16,709 nucleotides of DNA from a virus. Each line of letters starts with the position of its first letter. Within the stretch, counting starts at the first letter, position 1. Below are positions 1-6,620 of the stretch, one piece after another. The translations under genes were made by a program, and so were the position numbers. The notes beneath the pieces were generated by a model. The model was not told the origin of the DNA. It saw only the letters and a list, made by a program, of their open reading frames with translations, and made no database searches. The stretch covers positions 1-16,709 of the IMG/VR virus record IMGVR_UViG_3300045988_069484, one strand, 5' to 3'.

Positions 1-84
1 TTTGGTATTCCGCGAATCTCGAAAATCGTAGCTTCCCCATGCACCTTTCTGCGGTACGCAGTGCGTCCGTTCGCTACGCTCACT
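1..84. repeat. Left inverted terminal repeat. It is mosaic: 1-30 perfect, 31-45 divergent, 46-84 near-perfect. This is the presumed protein-primed replication origin.
   Basis: The reverse complement of 16680-16709 is identical to 1-30. The reverse complement of 16625-16663 matches 46-84 with one mismatch (position 76). The intervening 15/16 nt differ. Similarity beyond position 84 is only patchy. Confidence 0.9.
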
Positions 85-251
85 ACTCCACTTCGTGCTA
101 TCGCACTACGTTCACTTAAATGGGTGCGCACCGTTCGCGCTTTGCGCTTACTCACCTATACTCGCTCGCGTCCGTCGCTCGCACCTGCGGTGGGCTGTTT
201 GTTATTGTATTTATAAAGTACAATAATATACAATTAATTTATACAAATCTA

Positions 252-280
252 TTGACATTAAAAAGGAACAATGCTATAAT
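252..280 (+). promoter_or_regulatory. Consensus sigma-A promoter P1 (left early)
   Basis: TTGACA at 252-257, a 17-bp spacer ending in TGC (extended -10), and TATAAT at 275-280. It lies upstream of the first ORFs. Confidence 0.75.
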
Positions 281-322
281 GTAATTACAGTAAAGGAAAA
301 GCAATAAGAAAGGATAAACGCT

Positions 323-484
323 ATGAAATCATTAACGCAATCAGAACTTGAGGTATTAAAAGAAGCAGAAGATATTCTGTTCAATCATGTTGACTATGGA
401 ACAAACAGTGTATTTGATAAAGCTTTTTGCGAACTGCATAAATCGCTTAAAAGATACAATGAATTAGAAAGGAGGGATGAATAA
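323..484 (+). CDS. Small acidic early protein (53 aa) of unknown function
   Basis: ATG at 323 is preceded by AAGGA. The ORF (MKSLTQSELEVLKEAEDILF...ELERRDE) ends in a TAATG overlap with the next ORF start at 484. It falls below the ORF-track length cutoff. Confidence 0.5.
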   Translation: MKSLTQSELEVLKEAEDILFNHVDYGTNSVFDKAFCELHKSLKRYNELERRDE

Positions 485-831
485 TGGCTGAATGGATAAC
501 CCACGCACAAGTCCGCAGGCGTTTCCAAGACCACTTCTGCGAAACACTTTATGACCACCCGAACTTAGTAACACCTAAAACAGTGGAAGAGTACGAACAT
601 ATGAAAGACATAATGAGAGAGGAAAATGGCACAGCTCTCACTCTGTGCAACACAACATACAGAACTAACTTACATTATGCTTTCATTTATAAGGTGAAAG
701 ACCACGTCTATGATAACGGCAAATACTATATCGCATATATAACAAACGACCAGCGTATAGACGTACCAATTAGTAAATCATTAATAAAGGAGTATTATTC
801 ATGGATATTAGAAAAATTAAAAGAATCATAA
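484..831 (+). CDS. Hypothetical early protein (115 aa)
   Basis: The ORF has a strong RBS (GAAAGGAGGG) about 8 nt upstream and is translationally coupled to the preceding small ORF. I recognised no family motif. Confidence 0.65.
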   Translation: MAEWITHAQVRRRFQDHFCETLYDHPNLVTPKTVEEYEHMKDIMREENGTALTLCNTTYRTNLHYAFIYKVKDHVYDNGKYYIAYITNDQRIDVPISKSLIKEYYSWILEKLKES

Positions 832-938
832 AAAATCTTATAAAGTCAATTATTTCAATCTTAGTATTAACAACTATTTTTCTTGCCACATTTTATTGGG
901 TTGCCGTTATTGTGAATTTCTTTGTCCCGATGCCATAA
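801..938 (+). CDS. Small membrane peptide (45 aa): basic N-terminus plus one hydrophobic helix
   Basis: ATG at 801 follows AAAGGAG (787-793). The translation is MDIRKIKRIIKNLIKSIISILVLTTIFLATFYWVAVIVNFFVPMP. Confidence 0.4.
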   Translation: MDIRKIKRIIKNLIKSIISILVLTTIFLATFYWVAVIVNFFVPMP

Positions 939-972
939 ATTACCAATAGCATTTTTGGAGGTGCATGTAAAA

Positions 973-1074
973 ATGAGAAAATTTAAAATTATTGCTACAT
1001 ATTTGACAGCTATTTTCATTGTGGTATATGTTTTCATTCAGACAATTACACTTGATTATCTAACATTATTTTAG
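973..1074 (+). CDS. Small membrane peptide (33 aa)
   Basis: ATG at 973 follows GGAGG (957-961). The translation is MRKFKIIATYLTAIFIVVYVFIQTITLDYLTLF, with the same architecture as the preceding peptide. Confidence 0.35.
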   Translation: MRKFKIIATYLTAIFIVVYVFIQTITLDYLTLF

Positions 1075-1094
1075 AAAAAACTTTTAAAAACTAC

Positions 1095-1123
1095 TTGACA
1101 TTTCAAGTAACATCTGATATAAT
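1095..1123 (+). promoter_or_regulatory. Consensus sigma-A promoter P2 (replication operon)
   Basis: TTGACA at 1095-1100, a 17-bp spacer ending in TGA, and TATAAT at 1118-1123. Confidence 0.75.
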
Positions 1124-1128
1124 TAATA

Positions 1129-1310
1129 ATGTAAGGAAGATAAAAAATTTTTTCCAACTTACATACCACACCATACGGGCGGTGCCCACAGCATCGTCCA
1201 CTCACAAAAAATAACAGATATTCCGACACCCATGTAGGCGAAAAAAATCGGTGGCAACGTGTAAAGGTTCGATTCCTTTTATCTGATTCGGCTTCAAATA
1301 GAAGTCGCTC
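1129..1310 (+). ncRNA. Candidate structured 5' leader or ncRNA with a tRNA-like T-arm/acceptor module
   Basis: There is no convincing ORF between P2 and the RBS at about 1345. Three structures are visible:
- A hairpin, ATGTAAG (1129-1135) paired with CTTACAT (1158-1164).
- A T-arm, AAAGG-TTCGATT-CCTTT (1263-1279), closed by a 6-bp stem of CAGATA (1215-1220) with TATCTG (1280-1285).
- A hairpin at 1289-1307. Confidence 0.3.
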
Positions 1311-1360
1311 ATTCAGCAGTCTAGCAAGCACAAACAAAATGAAAAGAGGTGAAAGGCAAA

Positions 1361-1672
1361 ATGGCAAGAGCAAGAAAAGTAACAAGAACAATTTCTTCAA
1401 CTAAGGTAATCGTTATGTGTGTAGACACAGAGACAGCTAAGGTTAACAACTACGAGGTAACAATCGCAGGTGCTTACACAGATGATAAGAAGCTGATGAA
1501 AGCAGTCACTAAAGTAGTAGAGACAGAAACGCTTAAACCAGTATCAGTTGTTTCAACAGAAGTTATCGAGATATTGTATGGAATGGATGAACAGAAGTTT
1601 ATCGAAATGGCAGATGTATTACCGCCAAGAGACAAAAAAGAAGTAGATAAAAATGCAGATGTAGAAGCATAA
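1361..1672 (+). CDS. phi29 p6-like double-stranded DNA-binding protein (candidate), 103 aa
   Basis: ATG at 1361 follows AGAGGTG (1345-1351); the ORF track starts it at an upstream GTG. It is the first gene of the replication operon, has an acidic C-terminal tail, and matches phi29 gene 6 in size and position. The assignment rests on synteny and recalled similarity only. Confidence 0.4.
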   Translation: MARARKVTRTISSTKVIVMCVDTETAKVNNYEVTIAGAYTDDKKLMKAVTKVVETETLKPVSVVSTEVIEILYGMDEQKFIEMADVLPPRDKKEVDKNADVEA

Positions 1673-1697
1673 GTAAAAGAAAAAGGAGAAAATAAAA

Positions 1698-2057
1698 ATG
1701 AGTAAAATCACAATCACAAAAACAAGTAGAGAGTTAACAGAAGTAGAACAGTATCTTATGACAATGGACGCAGGAATTACATCCATGAAAGATGTAGCAG
1801 ACGGCACTTCAATTCCAGTAGATGCATACATTGAATATAAGGACACAAAGAATGACGGAACAGAGGCAGAGCTTCTTTCAATCATTACAGTTGACGGAAA
1901 GGTATATTCAACACAGTCCGCAACTTTCAAGAGTTCTTTAAAGTCAATTCATGAGTTGATGCACGGTAAACCGTACGCAATTGTAAAACGTAGCGGAGAA
2001 ACAAAAGCAGGTAGACCATTTGTTGACTGTGGTCTTGATGTAAACTCAGTAAAATAA
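1698..2057 (+). CDS. phi29 p5-like single-stranded DNA-binding protein (candidate), 119 aa
   Basis: It has a strong RBS (AAGGAG). It sits between the p6-like and terminal-protein genes, as in phi29. The segment ADGTSIPVDAYIEYK...ITVDGKVYSTQS resembles the phi29 p5 pattern (DGT.I...A...YK....DG..YS..S) as I recall it. Confidence 0.5.
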   Translation: MSKITITKTSRELTEVEQYLMTMDAGITSMKDVADGTSIPVDAYIEYKDTKNDGTEAELLSIITVDGKVYSTQSATFKSSLKSIHELMHGKPYAIVKRSGETKAGRPFVDCGLDVNSVK

Positions 2058-2105
2058 GTAAAGTATTTTTTCATAGCAAAATGATTTTCTTTCCTAAAAT
2101 ATAAT

Positions 2106-2132
2106 GGGTGGGCAGAACGCCTACCCTTTTTT
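2106..2132 (+). terminator. Intrinsic terminator or attenuator inside the early operon
   Basis: Stem GGGTGGGC (2106-2113) pairs with GCCTACCC (2119-2126) with one G-T wobble. The loop is AGAAC and a TTTTTT run follows at 2127-2132. Confidence 0.65.
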
Positions 2133-2158
2133 ATCTAAATGTGAGAGGTGTGATAAAA

Positions 2159-2950
2159 TTGAAAAAGAGCAAATCAAAGTATAGTCAGTACTATAAGCAA
2201 TATCAGCGCAAAGTATCAGCATTAAGAAAACAGAATATTGAACTCCGTGGCGCGAACGTATACCAAACAGAAACCCAGTTGCGTAAATGGGGTATCCAAG
2301 GAAGAGACTTAGCAAAGATAACAAGACAGTTAAAAGCAGATATAAAGAATCTTTCAAAACAGGAAGCCTATTCAACAGCAACAGGGGAAATCTCAACCGT
2401 TGGTAAACTTAAACACGAACTTGCTTCTGAACGTGCAAAGCGTAGTGCAGAGACAAGAAAGCGTAATAAAGAATCTGCTAGGGAATTTTGGACTAGTGAT
2501 AATCTACCAACTACACACGATTTAGATGGCGAATATCATTTGAATCAGCCACAGTTGGGGGATATCACAAATAGCAACTTTATTACAGAGTTTTTAAGTC
2601 GTATAACATCACCAATTCCAACAGAGACTATATACGGCAATAAAAGAAAGAACGCTAATATAGAAAGAGCGCAAGAAGCGCAGTCAGCTCTATTAGCACT
2701 TTATCGCAATACTTTAAGTAAAGATGGTGAAATAGCTGTAGGAGAACGCCTTGCGAATAACTGGGATGCAATAAAGTTGCACTTGGAAGTAGTTTTAACC
2801 GATTCAAAAGGCGTGAATGTTGCTTCTTCATTGGAAGCTATTGGAGAAATTATTAGTGGTAGGACATTATCTGTTGTAGAACGAGATGCCTTAAATGATG
2901 AACAGGAATCGCTTTATTCATGGGATATAGAGGATAACACTTATGAATAG
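2159..2950 (+). CDS. Candidate terminal protein (DNA-priming protein)
   Basis: It lies immediately upstream of the DNA polymerase and overlaps it, as in phi29 gene 3. The N-terminus is basic and the C-terminus acidic. I place the start at TTG 2159, 8 nt after AGAGGTG (2144-2150), because the track's upstream extension (2108-) runs through the terminator hairpin. Confidence 0.55.
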   Translation: MKKSKSKYSQYYKQYQRKVSALRKQNIELRGANVYQTETQLRKWGIQGRDLAKITRQLKADIKNLSKQEAYSTATGEISTVGKLKHELASERAKRSAETRKRNKESAREFWTSDNLPTTHDLDGEYHLNQPQLGDITNSNFITEFLSRITSPIPTETIYGNKRKNANIERAQEAQSALLALYRNTLSKDGEIAVGERLANNWDAIKLHLEVVLTDSKGVNVASSLEAIGEIISGRTLSVVERDALNDEQESLYSWDIEDNTYE

Positions 2951-4943
2951 TAAACGCACAACAAGAATGTTCATGTGCGACTTTGAAACCACAGTATACG
3001 ACAATCAAGACCACACAGAAGTGTGGGCAGTTGCCATTGTAGAACTATTCACAGAGAATGTTACAATCCTACATCGTATTGAAGATATGTTCACGTACTT
3101 TCGTGCGTTAGATACAAACATCATAGCATTTTTCCACAACCTAAAATTTGACGGTGCTTTCATCCTTGATTACTTACTAGCGCAGAAGAAATATCCACAG
3201 GCATTAAATAACGATAATGGCGTGTATTCATGGAAAAAGAACAAAGAAATCCAAACCAATGAAGTCCGTTATAGCATATCAGATAAGGGTATGTGGTATT
3301 CTATTACACAGAAACTACCAAACAATAAGTTATTGGAGTTCCGTGACTCTTTGAAGTTGTTACCATTTTCCGTTGAAGTTATTGGTAAATCATTCGCAAC
3401 GAAACATAAAAAGCTAGATATGGAATACACTGGCTATAGATATGCAGGATGTGAGATTACTGAAAAGGAGAGAGAGTACATTGCAAATGATGTTCTTGTA
3501 GTAAAGGAAGCACTTGAAATCATGCTAGAACAGGGACACGATAAATCTACTATTGGGTCATGCTGTTTGGAAGAGTTCAAAAAAGGCTATGACAAGACAG
3601 ATTACGCACAACTATTTCCCGACATATACAAGATAGAAACAGGTATAACAAAGTATCCTACTTTTGGTGATTACATCCGAAAATCATATCGTGGTGGATG
3701 GTGTTACCTTGTAAGAGGAAAAGAAAATAAAATATACTATAAAGGCACAACAGCAGATGTTAATAGCCTATATCCATCTATGATGCACTCCGACAGCGGT
3801 AACTTTTACCCAGTTGGAAAACCACACTATTGGAGTGGAAACTTTATACATGAAGAAGCCTTAAAAAAAGATCCACAAGGTGATCCAAGATATTTTTTCT
3901 TACGTATCCGAACAAGGTTTCACGTGAAACATGGCTACTTGCCATTTATACAGATAAAAGGGTCTCCGCTCTATCGTGGTACAGAAATGCTAGAAACAAG
4001 TGACGTATACAGTAAGAAATACGACAAGTATTTTCCGTATTACTATGATAGCGGGAATAACAGACATGAAGCTATTGTAGAAATGGTTGTTACTTGTACC
4101 GATTATTATTTGATGCTAGAACACTATGACTTATATGATTTTGAAATCATAGATGGCGTATGGTTCTACGCCATGAAAGGTATCTATGACGAATATATTA
4201 ATAAGTATGCAGAGATTAAGCAGAAAAGCAAGGGCGCACAGCGTACTCTTGCAAAGCTGTTTCTTAATAATCTCTATGGTAAGCAGGCATCTTCTAAAGA
4301 TAGTTCATTCAAGATAGCGTATGTAAAAGATGATGAATCACTTGGTTTTATAAGGCAGGAAGAAAACAACAAGAAAGCAGGCTACATTCCTTGTGGTTCT
4401 GCCATTACATCATATGCAAGAGAGTTTACAATCCGAGCCGCCCAAAAGAATTACCATGGCGTTAATGAAAGAGGTTTTATATACGCCGATACTGATTCTA
4501 TTCACTGTGATTTACTGCCCGATGAAATTGTTGGTATAAGAGAACACCCAACGGAATTTAACTCATGGTCATTAGAGTCGTGTTGGGATATTGCGACATT
4601 TACAAGACAGAAAACATATATCGAACATGTAACGCATGAAAACAGAGAACCAATAGAAGAACCGTTTTATGATGTGAAGTGTGCAGGTATGCCTAGTAAA
4701 TGCAAGAATCTGTTTGTGCTATCCATGCAAGGTAACGCAGATATTAACGGTTATAAAGAACCAAGAACAGGAACACACAAGGAATGGTCAGAAGAAGAAA
4801 AACAGTTCTTATTTAAAGGTAGTGCCCCTATTAAACGTGATTTATCAGATTTTAAGATAGGCTTAAAAGTGCCAGACAAGTTACGACCTAAAAGAATGAG
4901 GGGCGGCGTGTTACTCGTAGAAACAAGTTATGAAATGAGGTAG
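2943..4943 (+). CDS. Protein-primed family-B DNA polymerase (phi29 gp2-like)
   Basis: All expected motifs are present: Exo I CDFETT, Exo II FHNLKFDGAF, Exo III YIANDV, motif A DVNSLYPS, motif B KLFLNNLYGK, motif C YADTDS, and the KxY region RQKTYIE. A TPR1-like segment (GYLPFIQIKGS) is also present. Confidence 0.95.
   Translation: MNSKRTTRMFMCDFETTVYDNQDHTEVWAVAIVELFTENVTILHRIEDMFTYFRALDTNIIAFFHNLKFDGAFILDYLLAQKKYPQALNNDNGVYSWKKNKEIQTNEVRYSISDKGMWYSITQKLPNNKLLEFRDSLKLLPFSVEVIGKSFATKHKKLDMEYTGYRYAGCEITEKEREYIANDVLVVKEALEIMLEQGHDKSTIGSCCLEEFKKGYDKTDYAQLFPDIYKIETGITKYPTFGDYIRKSYRGGWCYLVRGKENKIYYKGTTADVNSLYPSMMHSDSGNFYPVGKPHYWSGNFIHEEALKKDPQGDPRYFFLRIRTRFHVKHGYLPFIQIKGSPLYRGTEMLETSDVYSKKYDKYFPYYYDSGNNRHEAIVEMVVTCTDYYLMLEHYDLYDFEIIDGVWFYAMKGIYDEYINKYAEIKQKSKGAQRTLAKLFLNNLYGKQASSKDSSFKIAYVKDDESLGFIRQEENNKKAGYIPCGSAITSYAREFTIRAAQKNYHGVNERGFIYADTDSIHCDLLPDEIVGIREHPTEFNSWSLESCWDIATFTRQKTYIEHVTHENREPIEEPFYDVKCAGMPSKCKNLFVLSMQGNADINGYKEPRTGTHKEWSEEEKQFLFKGSAPIKRDLSDFKIGLKVPDKLRPKRMRGGVLLVETSYEMR
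3917..3930. repeat. Palindrome GTTTCACGTGAAAC, copy A (inside the polymerase gene)
   Basis: It is a perfect 14-bp palindrome. The same 14-mer recurs at 7456-7469 and 10541-10554. Confidence 0.9.
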
Positions 4944-4948
4944 ATAAC

Positions 4949-5152
4949 ATGAAAATTAGAATGCAAGATGTTGTGAAACATTGCGTGGAGATGAAGAAAG
5001 ATTGCTATTTTTGCGTTTACCACAAAGACGGGGAATGTTTAGTTAATATTGATGGATATATACCTAGTGTATTTTCTGAATATGTTGGTTTATGTGGTAA
5101 TTCGCCCGAACTGGCAAAAGCACTATATACAAACGAGGAGTTAGAACTATGA
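4949..5152 (+). CDS. Small 4-Cys protein (67 aa), paralogue 1
   Basis: RBS is GAGGT. Cysteines fall at positions 12, 19, 22 and 30, with an IP dipeptide at 38-39. Confidence 0.6.
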   Translation: MKIRMQDVVKHCVEMKKDCYFCVYHKDGECLVNIDGYIPSVFSEYVGLCGNSPELAKALYTNEELEL

Positions 5153-5343
5153 AAATAACAGTAAGGGAATTAATAGAAATATGTTCATCAAATTATAATC
5201 GAGGTTGTGAGGGTTGTGACTTCTACGCATACAAATGTTATATGCCAACTTATCCTCATATTCCACGTGACGCAAAGAAACACAGCAAATTTAAGAAAGA
5301 GAAAGAACTGAATAAAGAAGTTGAATTAAAATTAGATAAGTAA
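5149..5343 (+). CDS. Small 4-Cys protein (64 aa), paralogue 2
   Basis: RBS is GAGGAG, with an ATGA overlap to the previous ORF. Cysteines fall at positions 12, 20, 23 and 30, with IP at 38-39. The C-terminal tail is lysine-rich. Confidence 0.6.
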   Translation: MKITVRELIEICSSNYNRGCEGCDFYAYKCYMPTYPHIPRDAKKHSKFKKEKELNKEVELKLDK

Positions 5344-5350
5344 AAAAACA

Positions 5351-5382
5351 AAAAGGTACAATGCATAAGCAAAGTACCTTTT
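5351..5382. terminator. Bidirectional intrinsic terminator between the convergent early operon and the ATPase gene
   Basis: Stem AAAAGGTAC (5351-5359) pairs with GTACCTTTT (5374-5382). T-rich tracts follow the hairpin on both strands: TTTTATT on plus and TTGTTTTTTT on minus. Confidence 0.7.
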
Positions 5383-5446
5383 ATTATATCACAAACTACT
5401 GGTGAAAACGGTCTAAAGCCTGTTAGGGCAAGGGAGCAACCCCGAC

Positions 5447-5495
5447 CATAGAAACAGCGATTTCTTTCACTCGTGCGTTCTGTTTCTATGTTTTT
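5447..5495 (+). terminator. Second plus-strand hairpin with T-run (back-up terminator or end of a small RNA)
   Basis: An 11-bp stem pairs CATAGAAACAG (5447-5457) with CTGTTTCTATG (5480-5490). The loop is 22 nt and a TTTTT run follows at 5491-5495. Confidence 0.5.
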
Positions 5496-5520
5496 CGCTT
5501 TCTGACAGTAGATGATACCA

Positions 5521-6552
5521 TTAATAACTAAGAGCCTGTAACACAGCTTCTTTGCACTGTAAGTCTTTGAATCGGAAACAACCACGTTCAAAGAAGTACC
5601 TCATATTAGACAAGAACAAGTCGTTGCTCTTTAGCATCACATAATTGACGTTGTGATCATCTGTCGTAATACTGATTCTATAAGGATATGTTTTATCTGC
5701 TCTATCATCACAGTAGATAATACCTAAGTTCATATACTCTTTAATCGCATAGTCTCTACCAAGATACCGAAGTGTTGCAACATAAGTACACTCTCCAACA
5801 GGTTTCTCAATAAATGCATTGCTATCATTAAGGTAAGTAGCTTGTGCAGAATAAGCCACGTAATCATCATTGATAAATGCACGATTGAACCCACTTTCTG
5901 TCTGAGCCTTACTTGCGCTTTCGTTATAACCCTGCTCTAGCACGAACCCATTCCCACGTAAGAATTTCGTATCAGATTTAAGTCTGTTTGAAATCTTCAT
6001 GGCAATATAATATGGGTTAATCAGTGAAACAGGGTTCGCCATCATATATACAGGGACATAACGCACTTGTTTTCCCTGTCCACGGGCAATAGAGGTGTGT
6101 ATAGAAATGAATTTCTTAACTTCATCTGAGCAGTAACGGTTTGTTTCACTTTGAAACTCGTCAAAAATAAGACAGCTGATATCACTGAACATATGAGAGT
6201 TCTTCTTAACGGCATCCGCATTGTTAAGTGCCATAGCATAACCACAGGAAACGTTATTCAAAAATAACTCATGAAACTTCCCATGCATCATTGGTTTGCT
6301 TGTCATTTCATATTCATTGAAAAATAATTCTTTGATATCTTTAAAAAATTTCTCTGCTACACCACTAAGCTCGTAATCGTAACGATAGAGCAATCCAAAC
6401 TTTTCGCCCTTTGACAAAAATTTATTAACTACCAATTTGCCAAAGTAAGTTGTCTTACCGCCAGTACGGTTACTTGTTACCATGTATATTTCAGGTCTTT
6501 TATTATTTAGGTCTAATAGACTTAATAGTTTTGTACCGTCATAATAACTCAT
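5521..6552 (-). CDS. DNA encapsidation ATPase (phi29 gp16-like)
   Basis: Walker A is present as NRTGGKTT, and a Walker B-like CLIFDEF also occurs. The size (343 aa) is typical. RBS is AGAGGTG. It is the only convincing minus-strand gene. Confidence 0.8.
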   Translation of the reverse strand: MSYYDGTKLLSLLDLNNKRPEIYMVTSNRTGGKTTYFGKLVVNKFLSKGEKFGLLYRYDYELSGVAEKFFKDIKELFFNEYEMTSKPMMHGKFHELFLNNVSCGYAMALNNADAVKKNSHMFSDISCLIFDEFQSETNRYCSDEVKKFISIHTSIARGQGKQVRYVPVYMMANPVSLINPYYIAMKISNRLKSDTKFLRGNGFVLEQGYNESASKAQTESGFNRAFINDDYVAYSAQATYLNDSNAFIEKPVGECTYVATLRYLGRDYAIKEYMNLGIIYCDDRADKTYPYRISITTDDHNVNYVMLKSNDLFLSNMRYFFERGCFRFKDLQCKEAVLQALSY

Positions 6553-6569
6553 TTTATCACCTCTTTTAT

Positions 6570-6598
6570 ATTATAGCATAAAATAGACAAACTGTCAA
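6570..6598 (-). promoter_or_regulatory. Consensus sigma-A promoter for the ATPase gene
   Basis: The minus strand reads TTGACA (6598-6593), a 17-bp spacer ending in TGC, then TATAAT (6575-6570). Confidence 0.75.
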
Positions 6599-6620
6599 TT
6601 ATTAAACAGCATGTATTTTA

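Noticed and set aside
227-246. TATACAA heptamers upstream of the -35 boxes, at 227-233 and 240-246, and also at 6641-6647 before the late promoter.
   Set aside because: A short AT-rich word in AT-rich promoter-upstream DNA is plausibly just UP-element-like composition. Three copies of a 7-mer are not compelling on their own.
1003-1030. A possible extra promoter, TTGACA-N16(TGG)-TATATG, inside the 33-aa ORF.
   Set aside because: The -10 lacks the invariant final T. It sits only about 90 bp upstream of the perfect P2. It cannot be distinguished from chance without TSS data.
1214-1287. A possible bona fide tRNA gene: T-arm GGTTCGATTCC, an acceptor-like stem and a 73-nt span.
   Set aside because: No anticodon stem-loop can be drawn. 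The D-loop lacks the conserved GG, only 3 of 4 D-stem pairs form, and position 1:72 is mismatched. I keep it only as a tRNA-like module within the leader finding.
1071-1400. The 109-aa minus-strand ORF, and the other antisense ORFs in the track: 1619-1930, 2121-2396, 5256-5591, 6042-6245, 6680-6904, 7269-7529, 7961-8173, 8252-8473, 8640-8864, 10088-10477, 10623-10856, 10870-11097, 11356-11568, 11832-12128, 12136-12384, 12506-12709, 12878-13174, 13465-13758, 13842-14066, 14072-14257 and 15982-16188.
   Set aside because: They are shadow ORFs lying opposite well-supported genes or across promoters. They have no RBS and a low-complexity or odd composition, and no minus-strand promoter exists except the one serving the ATPase gene.
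2108-2158. The N-terminal extension of the terminal-protein ORF given in the track (GTG 2108).
   Set aside because: The extension is translated from the terminator hairpin and its T-run, and no RBS precedes it. A good RBS precedes the in-frame TTG at 2159.
5383-5411. A minus-strand extended -10-like element, TGTGATATAAT (reverse complement of 5383-5393).
   Set aside because: It has no acceptable -35. Transcription would start inside, or immediately before, the bidirectional terminator hairpin and stop at once. It is probably a chance AT-rich match.
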